Both the position numbers and the translations under genes were made by a program. 64,000 nucleotides of DNA from an uncultured SAR116 cluster alpha proteobacterium (GTDB lineage Bacteria; Pseudomonadota; Alphaproteobacteria; Puniceispirillales; Marisalimonadaceae). This document shows positions 1-13,358 of this stretch, piece after piece; the stretch's first letter is position 1, and every line of letters starts with the position of its first letter. The notes beneath the pieces were generated by a model that worked only from the letters and a program-made list of their open reading frames with translations, did not search any database and was not told where the DNA came from. Location: assembly GCA_902595515.1 (NCBI GenBank), contig CACJQK010000005.1, positions 3,163 through 67,162 on the forward strand, in the 5' to 3' direction.

Positions 1-340
1 TTAAGTTCAGTCTTGCTACTGATTTAGCAACCCTTATTGGTTCAGATAAATCAAGTTTGTTAGGTTTTCCAGTTGCAACATTGCAGAATGAACAAGCCCT
101 TGTACAAATATCACCCATAATCATCATTGTAGCATGTTTTTTTGACCAACAATTTCCAATGTTTGGACAACTAGCTTCTTCACAAACAGTTGTAATATTA
201 AGATCATCTAATAAACCTTTTGTTTGATCAAAAATCTTACCTTGAGGAGCTTTGACTTTTAACCAAAAAGGTTTTTTAGGCGATATATTATCAGGTTTAT
301 TAATTTTTTCTGGATGTCTTATTTTTTTTAAATCATTCAT
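1..340 (-). CDS. lipA: Lipoyl synthase, N-terminal part (runs off window start)
   Basis: Manual translation from ATG at 340: [18 protein letters not shown]...[38 protein letters not shown], with both LipA Cys motifs; directly downstream of lpdA. Confidence 0.95.
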   Translation of the reverse strand, partial: MNDLKKIRHPEKINKPDNISPKKPFWLKVKAPQGKIFDQTKGLLDDLNITTVCEEASCPNIGNCWSKKHATMMIMGDICTRACSFCNVATGKPNKLDLSEPIRVAKSVARLNL

Positions 341-367
341 AATAAATTATATTTATTTCCAATCTGT

Positions 368-1777
368 TTAGTAATGAATTGCTTGATTGTAAGCATCCAA
401 AACAGATTCATGAATACCTTCAGAAAGCGTTGGATGAGGAAAAATTGTATGCATAAGCTCTTGTTCTGTAGTCTCTAATTTTTTTGCTATAGAAAAACCT
501 TGTATTAATTCTGTAACCTCTGGGCCAACCATATGAGCTCCAATTAATTCACCAGTATCCTTATTAAAAATTGTCTTAATTAAACCTTCGGAGTCTCCTA
601 AAGCAATAGCTTTACCATTACCTATGAATGGAAATTTACCAATTTTAAGATTAAGATTTTTAGATCTCGCTTGTATTTCAGTCATTCCTATTGAGGCAAC
701 TTGCGGTCTACAGTATGTACATCCTGGGATTGATGTTTTATCTATTGGTTTTAAATTTTTATGACCTGCAATCTTTTCTACACATAAAATACCTTCATGA
801 CTGGCTTTGTGAGCTAACCATGGTCCATCAGTGATATCACCTATTGCGTATACTCCCTTCTCATCTGTTTCTAAAAACTCATTAGTTACAATATGACCTT
901 TATCAATTTTTACATTAAAATCTTTTAAGCCTAGTTTTTCAGTATTTGCAATTATGCCAATTGCTAAAATAAGTTTTTCCGAGTTTATTGTTTCAACCTT
1001 TTCATTAGTAATTATTTCGGCTGAAACTGAATTTTCTTTGGTTGTAACTGATTTTAAAGCTGCACTAGTTTTAATCTTTATACCCCTTTTTTCAAAACTT
1101 AATTTTACTATTTTAGATATATCAGTGTCTTCATTTGGTAAAATTGAAGGCAAAGCTTCTACAATAGTTACATCAACTCCTAAATCATTGTAAAAAGAGG
1201 CAAATTCCATTCCAATTGCACCAGAGCCAACTATAATAAGTGATGAAGGTAATTTTGGAGGAGTCATTGCGGTTTTATAATCCCAAATATTTACTCCGTC
1301 AGATGAAACAAAAGGTAAATTTCTAGATCTAGCTCCAGTAGCAAGGATAACATTCTTAGCGGTTTTTTCTATATTATCATCTTTTGTTTTTATTCTTATT
1401 TTCTTAATATTTGATGAGTGTTTAACCAAACTGCCAAAACCTTCAAAAACTTTTACTTTATTTTTTTTTAAAAGATGACTAATGCCAGATGACAATTGCG
1501 ATGCAACTTTTCTAGACCTTTTAGTTATATTATTTATATCCATTTTTATGCCAGATACTGTAAAACCAAATTCATCAACATTATCTAACATATGCCTAAT
1601 TTCACTAGCTCTTAATAGAGCTTTAGTAGGAATGCATCCCCAATTCAAACAAATACCACCTAAATGTTTATCTTCAACTAATGCAACTGTCATACCTAGT
1701 TGAGATGCTTTAATTGCAGCTACATATCCACCAGGGCCTCCACCAATCACCATAAGATCAAAATCAACATCTGTCAT
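368..1777 (-). CDS. lpdA: Dihydrolipoamide dehydrogenase (E3)
   Basis: GGGPGG FAD motif, GGICLNWGCIP redox disulfide, HPTLSE; in the PDH cluster. Confidence 0.97.
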   Translation of the reverse strand: MTDVDFDLMVIGGGPGGYVAAIKASQLGMTVALVEDKHLGGICLNWGCIPTKALLRASEIRHMLDNVDEFGFTVSGIKMDINNITKRSRKVASQLSSGISHLLKKNKVKVFEGFGSLVKHSSNIKKIRIKTKDDNIEKTAKNVILATGARSRNLPFVSSDGVNIWDYKTAMTPPKLPSSLIIVGSGAIGMEFASFYNDLGVDVTIVEALPSILPNEDTDISKIVKLSFEKRGIKIKTSAALKSVTTKENSVSAEIITNEKVETINSEKLILAIGIIANTEKLGLKDFNVKIDKGHIVTNEFLETDEKGVYAIGDITDGPWLAHKASHEGILCVEKIAGHKNLKPIDKTSIPGCTYCRPQVASIGMTEIQARSKNLNLKIGKFPFIGNGKAIALGDSEGLIKTIFNKDTGELIGAHMVGPEVTELIQGFSIAKKLETTEQELMHTIFPHPTLSEGIHESVLDAYNQAIHY

Positions 1778-1786
1778 ATCTGTTTC

Positions 1787-3064
1787 CTACAAAAGCATTA
1801 ATGAGGGATTTTCAATAAAATTTTTAAATTCTGATAAAAATTCTGCACCAACGGCGCCATCAACAACTCTATGATCACAAGATAAAGTTACAGTCATGAT
1901 AGTTGCTATTGAAATTTCATCGTTAATTACAATTACTCTTTTTTCTCCTGACCCAACAGCAAGTATGCAACCTTGTGGTGGGTTAATTACTGCTGAAAAT
2001 TCTTTAATACCGTACATTCCAAGATTAGAAATTGAAAAAGATCCTCCTAAATATTCTTCAGGCTGTAGTTTACCATCCTTAGCTTTGTTAGCTAAATCTT
2101 TCATGTCCATTGATATTTCTAATAAACCTTTTGACTGAACATTTTTCACAATAGGTGTAATTAATCCACCCTCAATAGCCACAGCAACAGATATGTCAGT
2201 ATTGCTAAAATATTTTGTATTCTCATTCTCCCAGCTGGCATTAGCCTTAGGTACTTTTAATAGTGCGGCACTAGAGGCTTTAATAATCAAATCATTTACA
2301 GAAATTTTATATTTGTCATTAGATTTAGAATTTATTGCTTTTCTTACTTTTAAAAGTTCGTCTATATTACAATCTAAAGATAAATAAAAATGAGGTGCTT
2401 CATTTTTAGATTTAACTAATCTTTCTGCAATAGTTTTTCTCATCGCACTATTTTTTACAATTTCAAAATTATTACTTTCTAGATTATTTAGGCTTGGATA
2501 TTCAATTTTTTTGATATCAAAATTATCTACATCAATTTTAAGAATTCTACCGTGAGGACCTGAACCATTTATTGAGCTTAATGGTATATCTCTTTGTTTT
2601 GCAATTCTTTTTGCTAAAGGAGAAGCAAATATTCTTTCTAATTTATCAGGTTTAAAATATGATTTTGTTGTATTGTCAGAAATTGATTTTGATATTTCAT
2701 CGTTATTTTTGATATCGTTAATCTGCACAACATTTTCTTTATTTTTTTCTACTTCTTTTTGAACTTCTATTTTTATTTCTTTATTAGAATCTGTTGAGAT
2801 TTCATTTTTAGAAAGATTTTCACCTTCAGATAAAAGGATGGCTATAGGAGAATTAACTTTGATAGATTCTTGACCTTCTAAAACTAAAATCTTACCAATA
2901 ATACCATCTTCGATTGCTTCAACTTCCATTGTTGCTTTATCTGTTTCAATTTCAGCAATTAGATCACCTGATTCGACTTTATCACCTTCTTTTACCAACC
3001 ATTTTGATAAAGTTCCTTCTTCCATTGTAGGGCTAAGAGCTGGCATTAATATATCTACACTCAT
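1787..3064 (-). CDS. pdhC: Pyruvate dehydrogenase E2, dihydrolipoamide acetyltransferase
   Basis: Lipoyl domain ETDKAT, E3-binding ASPLAKRIA, catalytic DHRVVDG. Confidence 0.96.
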   Translation of the reverse strand: MSVDILMPALSPTMEEGTLSKWLVKEGDKVESGDLIAEIETDKATMEVEAIEDGIIGKILVLEGQESIKVNSPIAILLSEGENLSKNEISTDSNKEIKIEVQKEVEKNKENVVQINDIKNNDEISKSISDNTTKSYFKPDKLERIFASPLAKRIAKQRDIPLSSINGSGPHGRILKIDVDNFDIKKIEYPSLNNLESNNFEIVKNSAMRKTIAERLVKSKNEAPHFYLSLDCNIDELLKVRKAINSKSNDKYKISVNDLIIKASSAALLKVPKANASWENENTKYFSNTDISVAVAIEGGLITPIVKNVQSKGLLEISMDMKDLANKAKDGKLQPEEYLGGSFSISNLGMYGIKEFSAVINPPQGCILAVGSGEKRVIVINDEISIATIMTVTLSCDHRVVDGAVGAEFLSEFKNFIENPSLMLL

Positions 3065-3073
3065 TGAATATTC

Positions 3074-4408
3074 CTAATCGTCATAGCATACTTGTGCAGA
3101 AGCACTTACAATGTCATCAACTTGTGGTAAAGCCAATTTTTCTAAATTAGCAGCATAAGGCATTGGAACATCTTTCCCTGTCACTCTTACAACAGGAGCA
3201 TCAAGCCAATCAAAAGCTTTTTCGGTAATTAAAGCTGAAATTTCTGCGCCTATTCCAGAAAAAGGAAAACCTTCTTCACAAGTAACAACCCTATTTGTTT
3301 TTTTGACAGATTCAATTATAGTGTCAATATCTAATGGGCGTAATGTTCTAAGATTAATAACTTCTGCGTTTATGTTTTTACCTTCAAGAATTTCTGCAGC
3401 TTCTAAGGATTTTCCAACCATTATGGAAAAAGCAATTATTGTTACGTCATTTCCTTCTTTTTCAATATTCGCTTTACCAATAGGTAAAGTAAAATTTTTA
3501 TCATCAGGACAGCTAAAACTTTGACCATACATCACTTCATTTTCTAGAAAAATTACTGGATCAGGATCCCTAATTGCTGACTTAAGAAGACCTTTAGCAT
3601 CTTTACTTGACCATGGAGAAACAACTTTTAAACCGGGACAATGTGCGTACCAACTTGCATAACATTGACTATGTTGTGCTGCAACTCTAGATGCCGCTCC
3701 GTTAGGACCTCTAAAAACTATTGGACAACCCATTTGACCACCAGACATATAAAGTGTTTTAGCTGCTGAATTAATTATTTGATCCATTGCTTGCATGGCA
3801 AAATTAAACGTCATAAATTCAACAATAGGTTTTAAATTTCCAAAAGCGGCGCCTATACCTATTCCAGCAAATCCATGCTCAGTAATTGGTGTGTCATAAA
3901 CTCTTTTATCTCCAAATTCATCTAGCAAACCTTGTGTTACTTTATATGCACCTTGATACTCTGCAACCTCTTCTCCCATTACAAAAACACTTTTATCAAC
4001 CCGCATTTCTTCGGCCATTGCATTTCTTAATGCTTCTCTAACTGTAATGAGACTAGAATTTGCTTCAATTGGGACTGTTTTTTCATTTACATGTTTTGTA
4101 GAAATTTTTTCTTTTTCTAGATAAGGTTTATCAGCAATTTTTTTTATGGTAGCGTGAGGTGTTTCACTAGAGTCAACTAATAAAGCTATAGGTGTATTGA
4201 CTTTTACTCCTTCAGTACCTTCTGCAACCAACAATTGACCAATTTTGCCATCATCGACCGCTTCAACTTCCATTGTAGCTTTATCAGTTTCTATTTCAGC
4301 AATTAAATCACCTGAGGATATAGAATCTCCCTCATTAACTAGCCATTTTGATAAGGTTCCCTCTTCCATTGTAGGGCTGAGAGCTGGCATTAATATTTCA
4401 ATTGTCAT
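3074..4408 (-). CDS. pdhB: Pyruvate dehydrogenase E1 beta with N-terminal lipoyl domain
   Basis: ETDKAT lipoyl domain, [29 protein letters not shown]. Confidence 0.96.
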   Translation of the reverse strand: MTIEILMPALSPTMEEGTLSKWLVNEGDSISSGDLIAEIETDKATMEVEAVDDGKIGQLLVAEGTEGVKVNTPIALLVDSSETPHATIKKIADKPYLEKEKISTKHVNEKTVPIEANSSLITVREALRNAMAEEMRVDKSVFVMGEEVAEYQGAYKVTQGLLDEFGDKRVYDTPITEHGFAGIGIGAAFGNLKPIVEFMTFNFAMQAMDQIINSAAKTLYMSGGQMGCPIVFRGPNGAASRVAAQHSQCYASWYAHCPGLKVVSPWSSKDAKGLLKSAIRDPDPVIFLENEVMYGQSFSCPDDKNFTLPIGKANIEKEGNDVTIIAFSIMVGKSLEAAEILEGKNINAEVINLRTLRPLDIDTIIESVKKTNRVVTCEEGFPFSGIGAEISALITEKAFDWLDAPVVRVTGKDVPMPYAANLEKLALPQVDDIVSASAQVCYDD

Positions 4409-4418
4409 TAAAACACCA

Positions 4419-5423
4419 TTAATTAATAGTTATATCAGTGAATAATTCATTTTCAGATGGCTCTGGTGAAGCTTGAGCAAATTTTGCTGCTTCTGCGATT
4501 ACTGATTTGATATCTGTATCAATATCTTTAAGTTTTTTTTCTTCAACACCCATTTTATTCAAAAGAGATTTGATATTTTCAATTGGATCAGATGTTTTTC
4601 TAATTTTATCAACTTCATCTCTAGTCCGGTATTTAGCAGGATCAGACATAGAATGTCCCCTGTATCTGTACGTTTTCATTTCTAAAATATAAGGGCCCTT
4701 ACCTGCTCTACAATAATCAATTGCTCTTACAGCAGATTCCCTAACAGCAAGAATATCCATCCCATCAATAATTTCAGATTTAATACCATAAGCTACACCA
4801 CGATCAGATAAATTTTCTCCAGCTGAGGATCTGTTTACTGCAGTACCCATACCGTACTTATTATTCTCGATTACAAAAACTACAGGAAGTTTCCAAAGGG
4901 AGGCAATATTGTAAGACTCATAAACTTGACCTTGGTTTGCAGCTCCATCTCCAAAATAAGTAATTGAAACGTTTCTATTCCCATTATATTTATGAGCAAA
5001 TGCTAAACCTGCACCTATTGGAACTTGAGCAGCTACAATTCCATGACCACCAAAAAACCCTTTTTCACGACTGAACATGTGCATGGAACCACCCTTACCT
5101 TTTGAATAACCATCTTTTCTACCCGTGAGCTCTGCCATAACGCCCTTAGGGTCCATATCACATGCTAACATATGTCCATGATCTCTGTAAGATGTAACAA
5201 TACTATCACCTTCAATTTGAGCAGATTGAATACCAACAACTACAGCTTCTTGTCCAATGTATAAGTGACAGAAACCTCCAATTTTTCCCATTCCGTATAA
5301 TTGTCCAGCTTTTTCTTCAAATCTTCTAATAAGCAGCATTTTTTTATACATATCCTGTAACAAATTTAAATCATAATTCATTTTTGTTTCAATCAATATC
5401 TTCTTAGCTGTACTTTTTTTCAT
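4419..5423 (-). CDS. pdhA: Pyruvate dehydrogenase E1 alpha
   Basis: [14 protein letters not shown] motif GDGAANQGQ...[14 protein letters not shown]; ATG at 5423 (MKKSTAKK), preceded by AGGTG, preferred over the track start at 5456. Confidence 0.95.
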   Translation of the reverse strand: MKKSTAKKILIETKMNYDLNLLQDMYKKMLLIRRFEEKAGQLYGMGKIGGFCHLYIGQEAVVVGIQSAQIEGDSIVTSYRDHGHMLACDMDPKGVMAELTGRKDGYSKGKGGSMHMFSREKGFFGGHGIVAAQVPIGAGLAFAHKYNGNRNVSITYFGDGAANQGQVYESYNIASLWKLPVVFVIENNKYGMGTAVNRSSAGENLSDRGVAYGIKSEIIDGMDILAVRESAVRAIDYCRAGKGPYILEMKTYRYRGHSMSDPAKYRTRDEVDKIRKTSDPIENIKSLLNKMGVEEKKLKDIDTDIKSVIAEAAKFAQASPEPSENELFTDITIN

Positions 5424-5498
5424 TTTACACCTACGATTATAAGTAAATAACACCACATTTTTAACAAAGAATTAAATTTAATTCTAATACTAATTAAT

Positions 5499-5810
5499 CT
5501 ATTTTTTTATATAAATAACTATTTGATCAGGATGTATCAACCCTAATAGATCATGAGAAATTTCAGTAATATAATCAGAGTCTAAATTATCATCTCTTAA
5601 AAGATTAATTTCAGACATAACATTTATTTTATTGTTTATAAGTTTATTGTATTCATTTGTAGCTTTAGCTATTTGTGAATTAAGTAAAAAAATTTTCCAA
5701 ATAGACCGTTCACCAAAGAAAATATGAGAAATAAAAAAAACAAAAATAATGAAGCTAAAAATAGTTAAAGAGTTAGAAACAAATTTTTTTCTTATAAGAT
5801 AATTATTCAT
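5499..5810 (-). CDS. ftsB: Septum formation initiator, FtsB/DivIC family
   Basis: One TM segment, coiled coil, LDSDYITEISHDLLG; conserved position between eno and pdhA. Confidence 0.8.
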   Translation of the reverse strand: MNNYLIRKKFVSNSLTIFSFIIFVFFISHIFFGERSIWKIFLLNSQIAKATNEYNKLINNKINVMSEINLLRDDNLDSDYITEISHDLLGLIHPDQIVIYIKK

Positions 5811-5819
5811 ATATAGTCC

Positions 5820-7103
5820 TTAAATATTTGAATTAAAAAAATCTCTCCCAAAGTAGTGCGCATTGTCTCCTAGCGACTCTTCAATTCTAAGAAGTTGGTT
5901 ATACTTAGCTGTTCTGTCACTTCTAGATAATGAGCCTGTTTTAATTTGACCAGCATTAAGTGCAACTGATAAATCACTAATAAAAACGTCCTCAGTTTCA
6001 CCTGATCTATGAGAAATTATTACTCCGTAATTATAATTCTTAGCAAGTTCAATAGTTTCTAGAGTTTCTGAAAGCGTTCCTATTTGATTTAATTTTATTA
6101 AAATAGCATTTCCAGACTTGTCTTTAATACCTTTAAGCAATCTTTTTTTATTTGTAACAAATAAATCATCTCCAACAACTTGTAATTTATTACCTAAAAC
6201 TTTAGTGAGCTCCTTAAACCCATCCCAATCATTTTCATCAAAAGGATCTTCAATTGACACAATTGGAAATTTTTTACAAATACCTTCCCAATATTTAAAA
6301 AGTTCATCAGTATTTAATTTTTTATTTTCACCTCTTAAATGATAAAAACCTTTCTTATATAACTCACTTGCAGCAGCATCAATAGAAATAAAAATCTCTT
6401 CGCCTAATTTATATCCACTTTTGTCTATAGCTCTAGAAATATACGAAAGTGCTTCTTCAAGATTACTAATATTAGGAGCAAATCCGCCTTCATCGCCAAC
6501 TGCTGTTGAAAGGGAATTTTCTGACAAAATGTTTTTTAAGCTTTGGAAAATTTCAACACCAGCTCTGAGCGCTTCAGAAAATGTTGAAAACCCAATTGGC
6601 ATTATCATACATTCTTGAAAATCTAATCCATTATTAGCGTGGGCACCACCATTAATTATATTCATCATTGGCACAGGTAAAGTATTTGCCCTAATACCAC
6701 CTACATAATGCCAAAGAGGTAAACCTCTGAAATTAGCAGAAGCTCTTGCGACAGCCATCGAAAAACCTAACATTGCATTAGCGCCTAGACGACTTTTATT
6801 ATTTGTATTATCAAGCTCAATTAAATCATAATCTATACTCTTTTGTTCAAGCGGATTTCTTCCTGAAAAAGCATTGAATATTTCAACATTTACATTTTCA
6901 ACAGCTTTACTAACACCATACCCGTTGTATAAATTACTTTTTTTATCTCTTAGCTCATAAGCTTCATATTTTCCTGTTGAAGCTCCTGATGGGACGGCTG
7001 CTCTACCAACACTTCCATCAGATAACCTAACATCCACTTCTAAAGTTGGGTTACCTCTACTATCTAATATTTGTCTAGCTTGAACATCTTCAATATATAC
7101 CAT
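5820..7103 (-). CDS. eno: Enolase
   Basis: [37 protein letters not shown]. Confidence 0.98.
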   Translation of the reverse strand: MVYIEDVQARQILDSRGNPTLEVDVRLSDGSVGRAAVPSGASTGKYEAYELRDKKSNLYNGYGVSKAVENVNVEIFNAFSGRNPLEQKSIDYDLIELDNTNNKSRLGANAMLGFSMAVARASANFRGLPLWHYVGGIRANTLPVPMMNIINGGAHANNGLDFQECMIMPIGFSTFSEALRAGVEIFQSLKNILSENSLSTAVGDEGGFAPNISNLEEALSYISRAIDKSGYKLGEEIFISIDAAASELYKKGFYHLRGENKKLNTDELFKYWEGICKKFPIVSIEDPFDENDWDGFKELTKVLGNKLQVVGDDLFVTNKKRLLKGIKDKSGNAILIKLNQIGTLSETLETIELAKNYNYGVIISHRSGETEDVFISDLSVALNAGQIKTGSLSRSDRTAKYNQLLRIEESLGDNAHYFGRDFFNSNI

Positions 7104-7128
7104 AATAACTCCAATTTAGGATAATATA

Positions 7129-7953
7129 CTACGTTTTGATAATTTTATCTATTTCAATCAACTTAGCTAATAAAGGTTCAAGTTCAGACATTTTTAACAT
7201 ATTTGGGCCGTCACTTGGAGCTTTATCAGGATTTTCATGAACTTCAATAAACAAACCTGAAACTCCAACTGAAACAGCAGCTCTTGATAATGTTGGAACA
7301 AACTCTCTTTGGCCTCCAGATGTAAGACCTAATCCACCAGGTTGCTGAACAGAATGAGTTGCATCAAAAACAATCGGATATCCAAAACTAGACATTTGTG
7401 GAAGTGCGCGCATATCAGAAACTAGGGTATTATAACCAAATGACGTACCTCTTTCGGTAAGTAAAATTTGATCATTACCATTATTTAAAATCTTGTCTAA
7501 TACATTTTTCATATCCCAAGGAGCTAAAAATTGTCCTTTTTTAACATTTATTACCCTTTTAGTATTAGCAGCAGCAATTAATAAATCAGTTTGCCTACAT
7601 AAAAAAGCAGGTATTTGAATAATATCCACAATTTCTTCAATTTCTTTACATTGATGTGTTTCATGAACATCAGTTAATATTGGTAAATTAAAGCTTTTTT
7701 TTACATCAGATAAAATACTTAAACCCTTTTCAAGGCCCACGCCCCTGGAAGACTTTGTACTGGTTCTGTTTGCTTTATCAAAAGATGATTTATAAACAAA
7801 ATTTATATTTAATTTTTTACATATATCTTTAATCATACCTGCATGATTAACTGCGTGATCTTTGCTTTCAATTGAACATGGGCCAGCAATTAAAAATAAA
7901 GGAAGTTTATTAGATACTTTAAAATTTAATATTTCAACTATGTTTTGTGTCAT
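7129..7953 (-). CDS. kdsA: KDO-8-phosphate synthase
   Basis: [35 protein letters not shown]. Confidence 0.97.
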   Translation of the reverse strand: MTQNIVEILNFKVSNKLPLFLIAGPCSIESKDHAVNHAGMIKDICKKLNINFVYKSSFDKANRTSTKSSRGVGLEKGLSILSDVKKSFNLPILTDVHETHQCKEIEEIVDIIQIPAFLCRQTDLLIAAANTKRVINVKKGQFLAPWDMKNVLDKILNNGNDQILLTERGTSFGYNTLVSDMRALPQMSSFGYPIVFDATHSVQQPGGLGLTSGGQREFVPTLSRAAVSVGVSGLFIEVHENPDKAPSDGPNMLKMSELEPLLAKLIEIDKIIKT

Positions 7954-7979
7954 TTAATACAATACCAAAATATTTAAAA

Positions 7980-9644
<1,665 letters not shown>

Positions 9645-9956
9645 TTAGTTGTCAAGAGGCACAGCTGGCTTAGTTGTAGTACTTTTTTCAATCTCTTTAT
9701 TAACTTCATTGGCAATTGAAGGAGCATTATTAGAAGATAATAATGCTAAAATTATTGAGGTTAAGAAAAAACACCCACCAAGAAAAGCTGTTAATTTAGT
9801 CATGAAATTAGCAGTACCTCTTGCTGTCATAAAGCCACCTCCTGCACCTCCAGATCCTCCGATGCCTAGTCCGCCACCTTCACTCTTCTGAAGTAATACT
9901 GCAATGATTATACAAATAGCTAAAATAACATGTATCACTAAAATAACTGTAGTCAT
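9645..9956 (-). CDS. secG: Preprotein translocase subunit SecG
   Basis: Two TMs, LLQKSEGGGLG loop; tpiA-secG-pyrG synteny. Confidence 0.93.
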   Translation of the reverse strand: MTTVILVIHVILAICIIIAVLLQKSEGGGLGIGGSGGAGGGFMTARGTANFMTKLTAFLGGCFFLTSIILALLSSNNAPSIANEVNKEIEKSTTTKPAVPLDN

Positions 9957-9970
9957 CGAATTTCCTCTAG

Positions 9971-10717
9971 TTATATAGAATTATTTAAATGTTTAACTGC
10001 TGCTGAGTAAATTGCAAGAAAATCTTTCACTTTAAGACTAGAACCTCCAACTAAAACTCCATCTACATTTATAACACTCAAAATTTGACCTATATTATCT
10101 ACATTTACAGAACCTCCATAAAGGACTTTAACTTTTTTTTTTGTTTTTTTAAATACAACTTTTTTGATATGATCATGCATTTCTTTGATGTCAGAAACAT
10201 TCGGAATTTTGCCAGTACCTATAGACCATACTGGTTCATAAGCCACCTGTACATTTCTAAAATCATCGGGTAAACACTCAAGCAATTGTTTTTCAATGAA
10301 TTCTAATGCATAACCTTTTTCACGGTTAAAAAGACTTTCTCCTAAACAGAGAATAACTTTTAAGTTAGCATTTATCGCTGATTGAGCGCGTAGTTTTATT
10401 TCATTATCACTTTCATTATTGAATGTTCTTCTTTCCGAATGTCCAATAATTACATATTCACAGCCAGTATCTAAAAGAAATTTTGGAGAAACTTCTCCAG
10501 TAAATGCTCCAAAAAGTTTATAATGACAGTTTTGTCCTCCAATAGATATCGGCAAATCTTTAATAAGATTATTTAAATAATCAATATAAGGCATTGGTGG
10601 AAATATACATGCTTCAACTTTAGATGAAAATTTATAATTATATAAATCGTCACAGAATTTAGATATTGAAACTTTATCTAAATTCATTTTCCAATTAGCA
10701 GCTATAAACATATACAA
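9971..10717 (-). CDS. tpiA: Triosephosphate isomerase
   Basis: NWKMN, GHSERR, AYEPVWSIGTG, YGGSV. Confidence 0.97.
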   Translation of the reverse strand: MYMFIAANWKMNLDKVSISKFCDDLYNYKFSSKVEACIFPPMPYIDYLNNLIKDLPISIGGQNCHYKLFGAFTGEVSPKFLLDTGCEYVIIGHSERRTFNNESDNEIKLRAQSAINANLKVILCLGESLFNREKGYALEFIEKQLLECLPDDFRNVQVAYEPVWSIGTGKIPNVSDIKEMHDHIKKVVFKKTKKKVKVLYGGSVNVDNIGQILSVINVDGVLVGGSSLKVKDFLAIYSAAVKHLNNSI

Positions 10718-10816
10718 ATATCCATAAGTAACTTAAAATTAAATAAATTGTTATTTATAATTTTTTTTAAATAGTATATTAATTCAAAAAATTTAACAAT
10801 TAGTCTAGGTAAATAA

Positions 10817-12682
10817 ATGTTAAGAGCTCTTCGAAATCAAACTCAATCTATATTTTTTAAATGTTTTCTTGTTTTACTCATATGTGGATTTGCATTATGG
10901 GGAGTGGGGGATTTAACAGGAGGTTCAAAAGGTAAAACTGTTCTAAGCGTTGAAAATAAAAATATCACTATTGAGGAAGTTCTAAATGAAATTAATAGGG
11001 CAAGATACATGCTGCCAGAAAGGCCCAGTCTTGAAGAGGCATTCAAAAATGGAATGCATACAGGTGTTTTAAATAAACTAGAACAACAAATTTTAATTAA
11101 CCAAGAAGCAAATTTTCTTAATTTAAATGTTCCTTTAACTGAAAAAATGAAATTAATCAGGAAAGAAAATGCGTTCAAAGATCCACTTGGAAAATTTTCA
11201 CAAAATAAATTTATGCAATCCTTAAATAATGCAGGATTATCTGAAACTAAATACTTAGAAATGATAAACACTCAGGCAAATTTTAAACAATTATCAATGC
11301 CATTTATGTTCAACGATCATTATAATAAGAAGATTATAAAAAAAATTTTAGATTGGCAAAATGAAATAAGAGAGATTGAATATGAAAAATTTAAAATTAT
11401 TAATGAAAATGAAATACAGAAGCCATCTGATGAAATTTTAAAAAAATTCTACAATAACAACAAAACTCAATATGAAATACCTTTGACAAGAGATGTTAAC
11501 TATATAGAGATACACCCTTCATATTTTGAAGATCAAGTTATAATAAATAAAAATCAAATAGATGAAAAATATGAAATTGAAAAAGATACTTATAACTCAG
11601 AGGAACAAAGAAAATTACTTCAATTCACTACTCAAGATGAAGTAGAGGCAAATAAATTCATAGAACTTATCAAACAAGGTAAAAACTTTGAGGAGATTGC
11701 AAAAAATTATTTTGATCTACTTAAATCTGATATTGATATTGGTTTTTTAAAAAAATCTGAGCTACCCGATGAAAGTGCAGATATTGTTTTTAAAGCAGAA
11801 CAAAATGAGACTTTAGGCCCAATCACAACAAAATTTGGGCAGAGTATATATAAAATAGTAGATATTAAATCTCCAAAACAAATTAGTAATGAAGAAATTA
11901 TGAAGGATATTAAAAAAAACCTAACTAAAGAGTTATCATTAGAAATCCTTTTTGAAAAACTTGATGTTATCGAGGATTTAATTGCTGAGGGTAATAATTT
12001 AGTAGAAATTTCTAATTCTAAATTATTTAATAGAAATATTGAGATAAAAAAACTTAATAAAGTGTCTCGAAATGGTGTTATTTATTCATATGATAAAAAG
12101 CCATATCTTCTTGATAAAAAATCCCAATTTATCAAAAATATTTGGAATACTGAAAAAAAAGAATTAAGTGAGATATTTAATACTGAAAGTGATACTTATT
12201 ATTTAATTGAAGTCATTGAAGAAAATAAAAAAGAAGATCCCAAATTTAATTTGGTAAAATCTAGAGTCTATAAACAATGGGTAAATCAAGAAAAAATTTT
12301 AAGGTCTAAAGAAAAAGCTAAGAAAATAATTCTAGAGAAAAATAATAATTTGTCTTTCAATAAATCAATTAAAAGAAATGACCAAATTTTTGATAGAATA
12401 AATGATCCTTATTTAATAAATCAAATATTTGGTGTTAATAATAATGAAATTGTTTTTTTAGTTTCAAAAAATAATTTATTTGCCATAAAAGTTAAAAATA
12501 CTAGAACCGACAGCTATGTCTTTAGTGAAAAGGAATACAATTCATTAAATGAAAGTTTTTCAAAAAGTTTTTTTAATGATTTTTCTAGCTTTTTCATTCA
12601 AAATTTAGCATTAAAACATAATTTAACTAAAAACTATAAAATACTAGATAACTATTTTAGTAAAGCTGAAGAATTAAATTAA
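10817..12682 (+). CDS. ppiD: PpiD/SurA-like periplasmic chaperone (parvulin domain)
   Basis: N-terminal anchor ...FALWGVGD, SurA-N region, parvulin-like GPITTKFG; divergent from tpiA as usual in Alphaproteobacteria. Confidence 0.8.
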   Translation: MLRALRNQTQSIFFKCFLVLLICGFALWGVGDLTGGSKGKTVLSVENKNITIEEVLNEINRARYMLPERPSLEEAFKNGMHTGVLNKLEQQILINQEANFLNLNVPLTEKMKLIRKENAFKDPLGKFSQNKFMQSLNNAGLSETKYLEMINTQANFKQLSMPFMFNDHYNKKIIKKILDWQNEIREIEYEKFKIINENEIQKPSDEILKKFYNNNKTQYEIPLTRDVNYIEIHPSYFEDQVIINKNQIDEKYEIEKDTYNSEEQRKLLQFTTQDEVEANKFIELIKQGKNFEEIAKNYFDLLKSDIDIGFLKKSELPDESADIVFKAEQNETLGPITTKFGQSIYKIVDIKSPKQISNEEIMKDIKKNLTKELSLEILFEKLDVIEDLIAEGNNLVEISNSKLFNRNIEIKKLNKVSRNGVIYSYDKKPYLLDKKSQFIKNIWNTEKKELSEIFNTESDTYYLIEVIEENKKEDPKFNLVKSRVYKQWVNQEKILRSKEKAKKIILEKNNNLSFNKSIKRNDQIFDRINDPYLINQIFGVNNNEIVFLVSKNNLFAIKVKNTRTDSYVFSEKEYNSLNESFSKSFFNDFSSFFIQNLALKHNLTKNYKILDNYFSKAEELN

Positions 12683-13023
12683 TAAATATTTTTTTTTATT
12701 AGTTTCGTACCCTCTTTAAGTAAATTTGTTATCTTGTTTATTTTAATATTTAATGCTGAATTTATGCTTTCTGTAGTTACATCATTTTTTTTGTCAATAA
12801 AATTTACCGCACCTTTGATAGTAAAGCCTTCTTCATAAAGTAATTTTTTTATTCTTAACAAAATTTTGATATCTTTTGAGGAGTAATAACGTCTACCACT
12901 AAGACTTTTTTTTGGGTTTATTGAAAAGAATTTTTTTTCCCAAAATCTTAAAACATGTGATTGCACACCAATTATTTTTGCAGTTTTTGATATGGTGGAA
13001 AAAGATTTATTGTCAAATATCAT
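12679..13023 (-). CDS. MerR-family HTH regulator
   Basis: TISKTAKIIGVQSHVLRFWEKKF...GRRYY; conserved neighbour of ihfA. Confidence 0.88.
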   Translation of the reverse strand: MIFDNKSFSTISKTAKIIGVQSHVLRFWEKKFFSINPKKSLSGRRYYSSKDIKILLRIKKLLYEEGFTIKGAVNFIDKKNDVTTESINSALNIKINKITNLLKEGTKLIKKNIY

Positions 13024-13031
13024 ATTAAATA

Positions 13032-13316
13032 TTAATTAAATTGCGATTTTAAGACATTTGAAGTACTGAAAGTAACAACATTTCTTTCTTTGATAGGAAC
13101 TTCAATTCCTGTTTTAGGATTTCTTCCAATTCTTGTTTTTTTATGTCTAACAGAAAATGTTCCAAAAGAAGATATTTTAACATCATTACCTTTTTCAAGT
13201 TCAGACAAAATTAACTCAAAAATTTCTTCAATTATTATTGAGGAATCTGTAAGAGATAATCCTACATTTTCACTAATAGCTTCTATGATATCGTTTCTAG
13301 TCCAAGTCTTTTTCAT
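13032..13316 (-). CDS. ihfA: Integration host factor alpha
   Basis: VKISSFGTF, GRNPKTG; fabH-ihfA-merR order. Confidence 0.92.
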   Translation of the reverse strand: MKKTWTRNDIIEAISENVGLSLTDSSIIIEEIFELILSELEKGNDVKISSFGTFSVRHKKTRIGRNPKTGIEVPIKERNVVTFSTSNVLKSQFN

Positions 13317-13358
13317 ATTGATATATTAATACAATTTAAATAAGTTAAAAGGTTTTTT

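Noticed and set aside
2900-4400. Near-identical DNA at the 5' ends of pdhB and pdhC
   Set aside because: Explained by homologous lipoyl domains, normal for alphaproteobacterial PDH
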